Below are positions 1-12,500 of a DNA stretch of 24,311 bases, in pieces (the stretch's first letter is position 1; each line of letters opens with the position of its first letter). Position numbers and translations under genes: made by a program. This DNA is from Catajapyx aquilonaris. Its lineage: Eukaryota. The notes below the pieces were generated by a model, which had not been told where the DNA came from, searched no databases, and worked only from the letters and a program-made list of their open reading frames with translations. The stretch spans positions 124,001 through 148,311 of the forward strand of contig JYFJ02000286.1 in the NCBI GenBank assembly GCA_000934665.2, in the 5' to 3' direction.

Positions 1-26
1 AGTGTGTGTTGTATACCGCAATAATG

Positions 27-312
27 CAGGGTGAGTCAGAACTACAGGTCAGTCTCCCACCAGGTTATTCAATGTCCTATAATAAAGTCCAAAATGTAGG
101 AGTGAGAAATGTCGAAACATTAACGATGTATACGACGATTACAGATTGGTCAGCGCCTGAAACTTGAAAACTTGAAACATAAGCACATGGAATCATCCGA
201 TCATAGCACAGAGTCATCGTCGTTTACATCTTTAACGGTTTGGTTTTAAGAATTTCTAACACCTGCATTTTAGAGTTGTAAAGAGGCAATAAGTATATTC
301 TGACACACCCTG
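27..312. mobile_element. Foldback MITE, Tc1/mariner-like (CAGGGTG termini)
   Basis: Terminal inverted repeat CAGGGTGAGTCAGAA (27-41) matches the reverse complement of 298-312 (CAGGGTGTGTCAGAA) at 14/15. Internal arms are also inverted: 88-110 vs 252-274 (19/23) and 120-139 vs 216-235 (18/20). The right flank is TA (313-314) and the left flank is TG (25-26), consistent with a mutated TA target-site duplication. No transposase ORF. Confidence 0.72.
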
Positions 313-1887
313 TATTAGAGTCGATATTTTGGTTTCAACCAGGACCTGTCCAATATTGGTAAGGGAATGGAAACACAGCATGTAATAACTTCTGTCACTT
401 TGTCTTTTCTGACAAGTTCTCTGACAGGTTAATCTAGCAATGCGGTAGTTGGCCTACTACATCGAAATCTGACCTTGACCTTATTCCTTTTGGATAGTTA
501 TAAAAAGATAAGTGTGTTAAGGTTTGGTATTTAGTCTTTCTTTCGATTAAAGTCAAGCGAATAAGGTTAAAAATTAGTACTGAAGACGGCGGCAGTGTAA
601 TGGTGTGTATATTTACAGCTTGAGTAAAGATGGTGTTACTTTTTTACTTCAGGGACCTACAACGTTATTATCGATTTTTGTGTTTTTGACATCGTTCAAA
701 ACTTCCGTCATATATCTATGTTAGGGGAAGCTGGGAAGGTTCTGAGTGAGTGGCAGGCAAAATTTCTTGGAATTTTCTCTCTCACGGATGCCTGTTACCT
801 GGACTTTCATGTACTTTTACCGCCAATTCTTGGGTTTCCTCATTCGAAAATTTTGAAAGAGTTAAATCCAATACTGATGTCAGGAAGTACTTTGGATCAG
901 TTACAGATTACATGTCATGCATGAAACTCATTAGTGATTCTGCATTATTCACTGTTTAGAATTATTACTGTATTGCGTAAGTTATGTCAATTCCTTCCAA
1001 TATAGTATTTCTGATTTTTAGGCTGATCACCAAGGAGGAAAGTAACGTCTTAACAATTTTAGTTCAAATCCTTCCAAAAAAAAAGTTCAATATAAGTTAG
1101 CGAAAGTTATCCGCACAGAGAGTATATTGTTTTAAATGTAACTATCAAGATGCATCTATAGAAATGCCATCCTGCAACTCTGCAGCGTCAAAATATGTCA
1201 CAAACATATTTTCACTGCGGTTTTGCCAGTAAACCGTAGTTAAACTGAAATAATTTGCGTAATACGAACCTGAAAAACCGAGCTAACTTAAATTTGAAAT
1301 GCGATATGCGACGTTAATTGCATCCAAACCTCATGTAATCCGGCGGCTGACCGACTTCCCCACTCCCACCTCAAATGCCCCCTGATACTCCTGAATTAAA
1401 TGTGATAACCAAGGGACAACGGGGTTTCAAACTAAGGCTGGCGAGCGCTCAGTTCAACAATGCCGGGTTGTTTACAAAAATGAAGGCAGGTTCACACTAC
1501 ACACACCCTCGTCGTTCCCTTTTAAACTGAGCGAGAGTCTATATTTTGTTGACAGCTCCATCCATCACATTGTCCTCTGACATGAAATCGGGAGCTATTT
1601 ACAATTGAAATTATCGCAGATTATCTTCAATCAATATTATCCGGGCCAACATGTATGCATTTGTATATTCTGTAATTTTTCTCTCAAGACTCAACCACAT
1701 CGTGATTATGCATGCGTAATGTCTTGTTTGTGTACCAGTCAACAACCTGGTGACATTCACATGCGGTCACCTCACAGTCTACCAGCCTCGGAAAGGGCAC
1801 CCGTCCATCCATCGCAATAGCCAGATGTAATAGCCAGTTCTGTACTGCGCACAGTTGTGTGCAGCCTCAAAAACCGCTGGCTATATG

Positions 1888-1931
1888 GGCTTTGAACCTG
1901 CTACCCTGGGTGCACGTTGTCCACTCGGCAA
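1888..1931 (-). other. Degenerate tRNA-like Pol III A/B-box pair (possible SINE head remnant)
   Basis: The minus strand reads TTGCCGAGTGG (A-box-like, cf. tRNA TGGCCGAGTGG), then 22 nt, then GGTTCAAAGCC (B-box-like). The spacing is shorter than in a tRNA and no cloverleaf is evident. Confidence 0.22.
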
Positions 1932-2040
1932 TTCCAGTAAACAACCCATAGTGGGGCAAACCCAATGGTATGTTCAGAGTTCGAATCCTGATGACGGAGG
2001 TGTTTAAATAGTCACCAGAGAGGTGATGGAGAGGAGTCGT

Positions 2041-2078
2041 CTGAAGGATAAGGAGAGACACACAGGAAATGATCAGTG
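2041..2078 (-). other. Candidate 3' splice acceptor
   Basis: Minus strand reads CACTGAT (branch-point-like), then CATTTCCTGTGTGTCTCTCCTTATCCTT (pyrimidine tract), then CAG. The branch-like A lies about 30 nt from the AG. Confidence 0.3.
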
Positions 2079-2870
2079 ATCCTTAGCACAAAGTCACGGA
2101 AAGAAAACACTTTAATAAGATCTTCGTCGAAATGTGTGGGAGAAAGGCGAAGAACCTTGCTAACGAGTGATCTTTTAAAGTAAACGGTTACTTGCGTCGT
2201 AGAGTTTGTATAACAATACCGCAAAAGGCAACATGTTAAAAATTTTGTGCCTCGTTTTTTTCAACGTAGTCCTTTCAACCTTCTCCTATATGTTTTAGGG
2301 TTCGGTGCCCCGGTGAATCTTATTTTCCCTCATCTTTTTCCATCCTTCATGGGAGAAAAAAAGTCCCGCGAATCTGAAGAGTTTGGGAGTTTTCCCAAGG
2401 GAAAAAGTTGAAAATTTAATGCCTTCCGGAGGCATTTGGGCCCGTATTTGAAATAAACTCGCAAAAATTTTGCTTCATGTAGGGCATCTTGTGATTCAAA
2501 CTGAACATTTGAAAAAATTTACACCATTATACAGCTGAAGGACTGCTGGGAGTAAAAACAGCAAAAAGGGGCGGAGCAAACAGTATTGTAGAAGATTCTC
2601 ATATCTACAGGAATAAGTACCTCAAGTAGTCGCTCAGAAAGTAGATGACAAACTTTGTCAGTGCAATGGCTAGGGAGCCATCCACTTACTCTAGCTATCA
2701 AGTGGGGTTCAGAGAGAAACGTTAAGGTTTATGGGTCATTATTCTGGGTTACAAAAGGTCATGAAATATTATTTTTACTGCGGAAGCTCCAGTAAGAGTT
2801 GCCAAGAAACTGGACTGTATTGCTGTAGAATACATTTCTAAATGTGCTGTCAAGACGATACACGATAGCA

Positions 2871-2947
<77 letters not shown>
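2871..2947. repeat. (ATT)n / (AAT)n trinucleotide microsatellite, about 25 units
   Basis: Uninterrupted TATTATT... run of 77 bp, read directly. Confidence 0.97.
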
Positions 2948-3780
2948 GGACGGTGGAAGCAAGTATGGTATGTCTTTGTGACTTCTCTGTAAGGACATGC
3001 CTAACTAGCCTTACGGTACGACAAAGGTGTCAGTAATTTCCTTCGTAATGAGCCCTTTATATGAACCTGGGCTCTCAGTCAGACCTAAGAAATTCAATTA
3101 TCTGCATGGTGGTAGGGAATGTCGAGAAAACAATCAAATCCAGATTTTTCCATCCAACACAACTTGCATTACATGCACTTTGCATCGAAGGTAACCAATA
3201 TTAAGCCTGTTTTTTGCGTTATCATTATGCTAATATACTGCATAAAGATCAACCTGGGGAGCCTGTATGTAGACAGAATTAGCAGAGACTGTAGAAACAC
3301 GCAAAAGCAAAATGCAGGGCTTTAATAATAAATTTTTGCACGCATTGTTGGGGAACGCGGTGCAGTGACCACTAACAAGATTAACGTCGTTTATCTTGGC
3401 TATACCGAGCCTCCCAAGCGTCTCATCTCTGCAGCAGGGTATGCAAAGTTCCAGGATGTAAATTTTTGTTGCCCCTGAAACTGTAGTAGGCTGTCTGCCG
3501 CGTCTTTCGCCTCTATTCGGACTTACGGGCTCTGTATCATGTATATCGACTCTGATAACAATGGTGATGGGGCATGACGCACTCAATGGGTTGGGCGGGG
3601 AAAGATGGAGTGTAGATAAAATTCTTGCTCCTGTTTTATGAGAGCAGGGTAATATTTCATTACCCGGTCGCATTACGGGAAGGTAACGTTGCATAATAAT
3701 GCAACATATTGAAGACAAATTTGTGAAGAACGCAGCAGTAAGTTATGAGAAAATAATTTTCTGCCAGAAAGTGTCGGTAT

Positions 3781-3827
3781 GTTTTTTTGTTTTTGTTTTT
3801 TTGTTTTTTTGTTTTTTTTGCTTTTGT
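3781..3827. repeat. Low-complexity G(T)n tract
   Basis: Repeated units of G followed by several Ts (GTTTTTTTGTTTTTGTTTTTTTG...). A poly-A run lies nearby at about 3868-3878. Confidence 0.88.
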
Positions 3828-4873
3828 AGGAAATATTTTGACTCCGACCACAAACATTGCGCAAGCAAAAAAAAAAAAGAAGTCATTGAGAAATGTGATT
3901 GTTTAAATGATATGGTGTTACTCTTGGAATTATGTTCACGGGCATAATCCGAAAAAATTTACCGTAAGGTTAATTTGAAAATTGCAGCATCAGTATAATT
4001 ATAAGGAGTATTTTAATATCGTCATACATATGTGAATAATCTTCCAAAAACCCTGCATAGGTCTCCTGACGCAAATTATATTTAAATATAATCGGTTATA
4101 ATAAAAAGTAGCATGATATTATATCAGTTTTGAGAAACCAAAATCTTCAAAACCTTGACATGCAGCAAGGAAGTGAGCACCTGTGCAGCATATACCCTTT
4201 CACTCTAACATTACCTGATGAATATTAGATTAGACAAGTGCACGCAGTAACTAGCGCCTGCTGATTTACTCCAAATCGCGAGCAAGATACACCATCACGG
4301 TGCCCAAATCGGTGTTGCACATGCTTCCTACAAATTAAGTGCCGTAAAATTCCAAATATTTGGTAAAACATGGCACGTTAGCAGTTATTGAGAAATAGGG
4401 CATCTCGTGCAAATAGCCTCCTTTCATGCTGCAAGATGAAAATGAGTGCAATGTAAAGGCATACACCTTGCTCATGCACCGTTCAAAATTACGCCCCCCC
4501 CCCCCTTAAAAAAGGACATGAATTATCCTTAGATATCGTGCCTGAGGCCCCCTATATTAAATGCTCGCCTCCAAAGTTTAGTCCCGCCTTACCACTTGCA
4601 TTCTTCAATTGACCACCTTCCAAAAATGTAGTGCAACATCATCTCAAGTTTTGCTCCAGGATTGCGTGCTTTGCCTGCCGCAAGAAGCGTTCGTTTGTTT
4701 GTTGTGTGGACTTCCGCCGGAGTAATTTGGCAGCTCCTTTGAAGCGTCCTCTGGCCTTTGAGCAAGACTTGGGACTTGACTTGCAAGCACTTCCCTCCCC
4801 CAAGGGTTCCTTCGGAATGAGGTCTCACCAAACTCGGTCACAGAAATAAGCAACCATACCCCAAGCTGCAACT

Positions 4874-4898
4874 CCCCCCCCCNNNCCCCCCCCCCCCC
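4874..4898. repeat. Poly-C homopolymer containing an assembly gap (NNN at 4883-4885)
   Basis: Read directly. A second C12 run is at 4494-4505. Confidence 0.95.
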
Positions 4899-6029
4899 TT
4901 TCCTTGCTATTAGTTTGAGTTTATGGCGACGAGGAGAATTTCTGATTAAATTTTATGTATGAGCTGACACTCCAACTTGGCCATTAGTCTGTCTTTCCTC
5001 GTTAGGACAAGAGGATATAATCGATGATGGCAGACACTACCTACTACGGAGGATGATACAGTTTGCGAAGGGCTGGTCCAAGATACTGCCTGAAAGTGGG
5101 GGCAGTGAATTTACTTAATTGTCTCATTATGGGCGGGCTGAAGCGGAAGTGATTAACTTTTGCAGGTTGTTTTTTTTGTAGGGTTCGTGTCAGTCACGAC
5201 GATAGGTAGGATAGTAACCGTAATTTTACAGCGCAGTTGGCAGGCTAGAGAGCAATTAGGAAGGGTCCCTTTCACGCCATGCACCGGTACTGCGCCAGAT
5301 AAGAGTCGAGGTCACTTGCCGTATAGCTGACCAAAATTATACGATACGATCATAACCGCGTCTGTAGGGCGAAACAACAGGTTAATAATGGATTTCTTAA
5401 GACGATAGGGTGGGGCAGTGAGTATAGGAGAAAAAGCTTGCAATTGAATTAATGGGTCAATATGTTCAATTGCAGCCTTTTCCTGTTCGCCGATTCTGCC
5501 CCGCCTCAACACCTTAGCGTATGTATTATTAAGTTGTTGAGTTGACCGAAATGACACTCCAGCTGCACACGATATTAGTATAGGCGTATGGAGAGCTGAA
5601 ATGCAATGGGAACAGAATCACATTTGAATGACTTTCAGATATGACGGGATTAATAGTTTTTTTTAAATGTTTTTCTAAAAGATTGTAATTAATTGCGCCT
5701 TCAGAAAGTTTCTTCGATCAACAGATCCGGCATCTTATGAAAGCACAATTCGAATTTTTATTTCTACACACCAGCATAATATTATCTTCCTTCTACCATA
5801 AGGATGTTCAATGATCACAGATGAAACCGTTCTTAGAGAATTTTATCTATACTGTTAGTGAATTTCAGCTTGTTTTAAAAATTACCCTTTATAGTAACAC
5901 AATCAATCAATTAAGGCCAAATCAAATGTACAGACGGAGATAAAAATGACCATGATTGCGTACACAACTGTATAATTTTGTTGTCTGGTTGATCCAAGCG
6001 ACAACTGTGTGTGGACTGCAGCACTGTTC

Positions 6030-6230
6030 ATGACGCGAGGTGTCCCCATGGCAACACCAGCAATTTCACCATTTCGCAGTTCAGGTGCACAAGGTGTGAA
6101 TCGGAGAGGAAGAGCCGCCAAGTTGCATTTCATATGACGTCACCTTTTTCGGCTGATGAATTATCCCGCTCACGTCCCCTGCTCTGAGGACAAAGTGAGT
6201 TATTAAACCGCAAAATGGCGCCAGTATCCG
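6030..6230. promoter_or_regulatory. Candidate cis-regulatory module (RFX X-box, CRE, YY1/Pho-like motifs)
   Basis: GTCCCCATGGCAAC (6042-6055) matches the X-box palindrome GTTGCCATGGCAAC at 12/14. TGACGTCA is at 6135-6142 and AAAATGGCG at 6212-6220, all within a CpG-rich stretch. Confidence 0.33.
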
Positions 6231-9200
6231 CGGTCGTCTTTCTTCAGTGCCCGTGGCGTAATTAACTTGTTGTGGAGCGTTCAGTTTGCCATCGGGGTGT
6301 CTAATGTGGCTTAATTTGTCGCAGCAAAGTTCCCTGAAACTCATACCCAGGAGAAGAGCCCCGTTTGGCGTCGCAACAAAAGTAAATTGAAGTTTTTTTT
6401 GTTGAAATAAAGCAGTTTTTCCCCTTCATGCAAGGGTAGGCAAATGTGATCAGAAGCGTTCATTAAAATAGTTCGTACTCGGATGAAATTGTGTTTTCCA
6501 GAATTTGCACTGCTACCTTTGATAGGTTAATTTGCATTAATAGTTAAAACGAAATCTCGGGCGCTAATTTTTTAAAGCATGGTTAAACGCTAGCCACAGC
6601 AACCAGCGACAATTCATTATAGTGGCATATTGTCCTTTCGTTTGTGTCGGCGATTCAATTAACTTTTGTCTCCCTGACACGACTAATGGGGTAGAATGTA
6701 TTTTATGTTGTCCCCAAGGTTTATTTCCCGCAATTCACTAATTGCGTTCGTATACTAGCATTAATTATTGCATATGAGGCTCATTTAGTTAATTAAAACC
6801 TAAATCTCACAAACTTGCAATAATTGTTATACTGTATGTACAGGCCTATATGATGGATTTTCGTGCATTTCCAATATGTGATGGAGGGTGATGGAGATGG
6901 TAACATTCACATTTTCACACAGTGCGCACGTGCAGGTGTTCATCTTCCCAAGTTTAGAATGCGAAAATAAGTGACGGAGGAGAGTTGATGGTTTAGGCTC
7001 TCCTGGGAGTGTACACAAACACCATGCTGGCATGCAAAAATGGAAGACTAAAACCTTGTGGAGAGTAATGACTGGTATTCTAATAGGGCCTACAGTTCAG
7101 GAGCGACTAATTCATCAACCAGTCCCTCCTTTTCCGATCTTCAACTTGGCCACAACACCCTGTACTGTATAACATCGGATGAGAAAAGTATAGGTCCCTT
7201 CTGCAAAATAATATAGCTTTCTCAGGTGAAGTGAAGCCTTTCGCGCTCCACTTACCTGGCACCAAATGTGATCCCTGTACATTAATATCCTGCTTCAGAT
7301 ATATGGGTATTTGGCATGGTATGTTGAGAGATGCAATTTGTCAATAAGTTTATGGAGATTCCAGTCGAAACTTTTTTTTGCGGAGGGCTGTAATATTGTA
7401 TGCACACTAAGCGCAGCCTTGCTAAAAGGCAATGCATGTTTTGCATATTGAGAAAAATATTAACGAATGTGAAATTAACTAGGCCAATGGTAATTAATTA
7501 AATCCAACTTTGTGCCACAAATGATACGTTTTCTTACGCGAATATTATGTACATTGGGTGACGTCAGTAATGTCTGGAAAGGTGACTCATAGTAATTTTG
7601 TAACAGATAATTTCTTAGAAGCTTGATAAAACAAGAGCAGGAACAACACTATGCGCAATCGCCTGGGATGTTTTTCCTGCTGCAGCATGTACTGACACGA
7701 GTTACGACAACACTGTACAGTAACATGCAGTTTCCAGATGTTTTCATTTTGCCCCAAGCCTCTCTCACACTAAAGACCTAGGACTGAAGCCTTGATAACT
7801 TTTGTGAAGGAAAAGTAGGTAAACACACGATAGAGGATACAGTACTGTGAACTGTGCAAGTTACAGAGCACCTAGGCCTACTGAAACCCACTGTATGCCT
7901 ACACTACTCCGTACATGGCGTCAAGCTGAGCGCAGCGTATTTTCTGCTCTGTTAGGCCACATTAAATCATTTGAGAGTATAATTTGTGCCCTTCATGTAG
8001 GCTTGTGATCCGCTTTGCACTTTGTACGTATATTGCACAAGGTAGAGTTTTCTACCTCACATTAAAAATAAACTTTGCTAAAGAAATATCAGGCAACCCA
8101 GCTGGTACAGACTGGGAAAGTATATAGAACAGGAATTATTTTCGCACGATGTACTGGGAAAATTATCAAATGTGCATGGTATTGCAGCTTACACATTTTA
8201 CGGACAGGTTGTTCAGGGTAATATGATTTGATGTAGTACGGCAGCTTAAAATTTTATTGTAAGTCATTTCACGTGTCCTAGTTTGTAACAAGTTCTTTAC
8301 AAAGATGGTAAGCCTGGGTCTCTAAGGGAGGCAATTTTTTTGTGAAGAGCAAAATTGGCATTGAAAAGTTGCATGCCTGTAATGGACGATAGCTTTGAGA
8401 AGACAGACCAGTGCCGAGTCTTTTCATCTGCATGGAACAACAATTTCCGGAAAATAAATCAAAGATGCGGTTCGGTGTTCCGTCGAGTAAATTCCACTGT
8501 TCGAGGAGCTTTGGGAATTTTCGGTTCAAAGGACGAATAAATTATGGCCCAATGGGAGTCAAGCGGCTGCTGCCGACGAATTATCGATGAGGCCAGCCAA
8601 ATTTTTCTCCGCCTCATCGCAATCAACATACTATGTTCATCTCCAGCAGATTCAATTCTAATAATATGCAGATAGGTCGGAAAAAAAGGGTTCGTCTTTG
8701 GCGGGGGATGCCGCACGAATTTCAAAATTACTAGGCTGCCAGAAGGCTAGGAGAATACTATTACGGGAGGATACGTGTGGTGCATATGGTTGTAATGAGG
8801 AGCTGTAATGAGCTTTCTAATAGTACAGTGGAACTCAAAGATTCATTAGTCGAAGAAAATTACGACATTGGTTAGTCACAATGCAAAGTAACAGGAATTG
8901 GACTTATCTATGTCGAGTTTTTTTTGTGCATCTGAGTGAATTTCCATGAATTTACAGCCAGGTTGTATTTACTGTTGAGACGCAGAATCAACATTTTCAT
9001 CACCTCGAGTGATGACTGTAAAATAAGGGGTTACACCTGTTATACGTGAAAACCTCTATTTATCTTTTCAAGTCTGCTGCTCTACATATATTGCACTTAC
9101 GAAATCACTGCAATGGAAGAATCAACATATGGTGGGGCCAACACCTGCACTTGCATTTTAATTTTGGCGCGATATTAATTTTAAGAGGAAATGCAAAAGG

Positions 9201-9499
9201 TAATGGGACTCATCTGCCAGAACCTACAGTAAATATGTGCCTCCCCCTGTCTCTCGGTTACTGCAAACATAGCCAGAAATTGCTTGGTTCAACTGCGTAT
9301 AGTGTTCAGGCAGTTATATGAAAGCATCACGCTGAAACCACACAGCCTGGAAATTTATGAAGGCATTTTAATCTCCAAGCCTTGAAGAGAGCAGCTCCGA
9401 GTGTGCAGCAATTGGACGGTCATCAGCCTTAGCACTGACCGTTGGTTTTTGGAGCCCGGAGGAAATGAGCCTGTGTAGTTATTTCTTGGCAAGAGGGGC

Positions 9500-9540
9500 G
9501 TAATTCCGGTCATCAATATTCCGGGAAGTGCGGAAGTAGC
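9500..9540. promoter_or_regulatory. Candidate ETS/STAT motif cluster
   Basis: TTCCGG (9504-9509), TTCCGGGAA (9519-9527, STAT-type TTCN3GAA), overlapping GGAAGT (9524-9529) and GCGGAAGT (9530-9537), inside a GC-rich island at about 9380-9720. Confidence 0.3.
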
Positions 9541-12500
9541 CCACGAGGACCACTTGACCCGCTCCATATTTGTCTTGGCTTGAAGAGCCCAAGTGGCCAA
9601 CCTCGCAGCTGGTTAATTGCATCCGCCGCTTATTAATTACACCAGCTTCCCCTTAGCGGATTCCGGCGCAACCAACCGACCGCTTCCTTTTCGCACATCT
9701 TATCTGCGCAGGTTTTATGTTGCACTTTGGGATGGTAACTATATCGCCCGAAAGCTATTCCGGGATATCTACAGTTGTAATTAATACACAGAGGTGTTGA
9801 GTTTTGCTAAGTTCTGGTTAGAGGTCCATGAATTGTGACTATGTGGTGGGAATATCATAAAGGGATATCGGTTCATATTTGAACTAGGGTTAGAGTATTG
9901 GGATGAAGAAATTTAAAAAACCACATGTGGATGAAGCGTGATGACAACAATAAAACATTTGCACCACAATAGTGCGGAGTCTGTGATTACAAAAAACATA
10001 CCGTGTAATTCATGATAATAGGATTCATAGACTAGGAATAAAGCTTCGTTGGTAAATAATATCGCGCAGTTGAATGGCAAGTGAGGGCATAAAGGTAGTG
10101 AAACGGTTTGGAGCGGAAAATGTAAACGTTTGCAAATGGGAGGTATGTTAACATTTTAGCTGTTATACCGTATGAAACAAAAATGATGGAGTAAAAATTC
10201 CCAAATTCTGGTAGGTTTCATTATAACCTTATAATGTTGAATATGTATACATCCTGTGATTTAATTTGAATAATTTCCATTTCTACTTTTTCCGTTTTAT
10301 ACTCTGTGCAAAGTTAATGTTTGCAGAATTTATGCAAGATTTAGCAACTGAATTCCTCATTGTTCGTTCTCTGCTGTTTACCTGCAAAGTCTTAAAAAAT
10401 GATGTAAAAAATGCCTGGCAAGGGCAGCATACAGATTCCGTACCATTGCATTGTATGGTCTCCCATGTTTGAGAGAATGGTATACTCTGTGTGGTGCTGC
10501 AGTGCAATGCCATTATGTCCTTAATATGGCATACCAGAAAGTTACTCGTGAATGAAATTCTCCTTGGTACAACAGCGATAAATTATTACCGCTTCACATG
10601 AGACGCACTTGACGTATAGGTCCCTCCCGAGACTATTTGCGACGCGAGGTTCTTAGCCATTTCTGTATAAGGGAGCCAGCATGTCTCTTCCTGTTTCTGA
10701 AAGGATGCGATGGTCACAGTGCTAATATCCTTGGCATTTACCCTGGGGTCCCTTCTCTGAGCTGGAACCAATGTTCAACCAGGATTTACTTTCCCACGTG
10801 AATGGACTTTAGCTGTTATCCCTACGATTCCATGCGAGCTTCTAGAATATAGCACGATTATGCCCTTATTGGGAATAGGGAGAAAAATCGTACCTCACTG
10901 TAGACCTCCGGTCTCATTCAGATTTAATATCCCCAGAAGATTAATTATATAACAAAAGTACAAGCTGATGACCATGGCGTACGATTTCATGGTAAAATTA
11001 TAGCTGTGGGGTATATACATGCGTTATTAATGAATGCTCCAGTTCTAAGTGGACTCCAGTCTGACTGCATTTCAATTCAGAAGAGTGCTCATAGCGTAAG
11101 CGTGATAATTATGACAGGGTTATACTTGCATAATTATTAGTGTATACGAACTCTGGCAGCACTTGCATTATTCAAACCATTTCTGCGGAAATGCAACCAA
11201 CTTCATATGTAACAAATCTGCATGAAAAATCACCTGCCATTTAATTAGTCTTTTCAGAAATACGGGAACTTTTGTAACAACAACACTTCAACACAAGTAA
11301 AATGGAGTGAACCTTTTGTAACTGACCTAACTGCGCACAAAAGAATAACCTTTTTAATGCCGGTGCAAAAGAAGAGAAATGTAATCCTAAAGTGTGCGTG
11401 TCAGCGTGACGCCAGTACAGAACTAGGTTGAACTTATGCACAATGGATTAGGTCGCGGTGGATTAGGTTGAATTAGGCAGGTACTTTACTCCGTGTTAAC
11501 TCTCCAGGGTCATGAATGGTACATTAAGTAGCCTCTCAACGGCTCTTCAAGAAACTAAGCCTTATGCGCTCTTTTCTCCGCCTGTTCTGTAGATTAGGGA
11601 TTACATTTGTTAGTACTCCGAGAGTGTCCTTTGATCTTACGTCCTGCTAATTAGCATCATCCACAAGTGCGTACTAAATTTTACAGTTATTCCGACAAAA
11701 GGACAGCATTATTCCAGTTACGACTTCATTTGCAACTACAATTCCTAATATGCATTTTTATTTCATTACTTTTTATCCAGTGGCCTCGGTTGCCTTATCT
11801 CAAATGGGGTGTACAAAAACGACAGCCTCTCCTCCCTACAAGTTGAAGCAGAAAGTGATTAATGTTCTAGAGAGAACAAAAGGAGCAAGAGACAGGATGT
11901 GATGGTGAAGCTTCAGGCTAGACTTTCAATTAGGATCACTCGCTAATAAGTAATCACACCACAACCCCTAAGTTTTTTTCTAATTTAGCAGCCTTGAAAT
12001 TATGTCTTGCTTCGTATAATAATTTCCTTTCCCGTGGGTGAAGTACGTACATGCAACAAAATTAAACGTTAAAATCATGCCGAGAGCACAGTTTTACTCA
12101 TGAATTTTTCTCCTTTATATACTCAAGAAACGCGTTCGTCGGGAGCAATTAGTGTTATTCGCAGCATTCAGCGCATTTTAATAGAAATGTAAAGGTTGGC
12201 ACATTATCGTCCAAAGAAACTATAGACTCTCTTTGCCTGCAAAACTAACTTTTTGAGGATCAGTCCAAGCGTAAGGACGTCATTAACAAGTAAGCAGAAG
12301 AGTACTCTTCTACATCATACATTTTTAAAAAACGTAATTACGGTCGAAAAAGCAACGAGTCACTTTCTAAAGAGCTTTCTCTAAACTTTTGAGCGTTACT
12401 TTGTTGCTTTTTTGGACATTTCACCATTTCAAGAGAAAGCCCGTATTTATTGGGATTTAGGAGCAGGAGAGTTTTATTTGGAAAACGAGCACCATTATGT

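Noticed and set aside
2385..2460. Possible decayed interspersed-repeat fragment with the hairpin AATGCCT-tccgg-AGGCATT; a loosely similar segment lies at about 720-830
   Set aside because: No termini or TSD can be defined and I cannot assign a family without a repeat-library search.
3230..3718. Longest ORF in the track (162 aa, minus strand)
   Set aside because: No recognisable domain, a TTG start and a composition like translated non-coding DNA. This length can arise by chance.
3660..3947. Lys-rich and Phe-rich ORFs
   Set aside because: These are artefacts of the G(T)n low-complexity tract and the poly-A run.
7040..7060. TGGAAGACTA matches the 5' end of miR-7
   Set aside because: The rest of the mature sequence does not match and no precursor hairpin is evident. 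A by-eye search for other conserved animal miRNAs (let-7, miR-10, miR-1, miR-9, miR-124 and others) also found none.
7155..7164. Isolated CACCCTGTA (mariner-like right end); also TACAGTGGAACTC at about 8824
   Set aside because: No matching opposite terminus was found in the window.
7250..7261. ACTTACCTGGCA matches the 5' end of U1 snRNA
   Set aside because: The similarity stops after 12 nt. It is simply the reverse complement of a consensus 5' splice site.
11445..11480. Three TTAGG words resembling telomeric repeats
   Set aside because: They are not tandem and are too few to call interstitial telomeric sequence.
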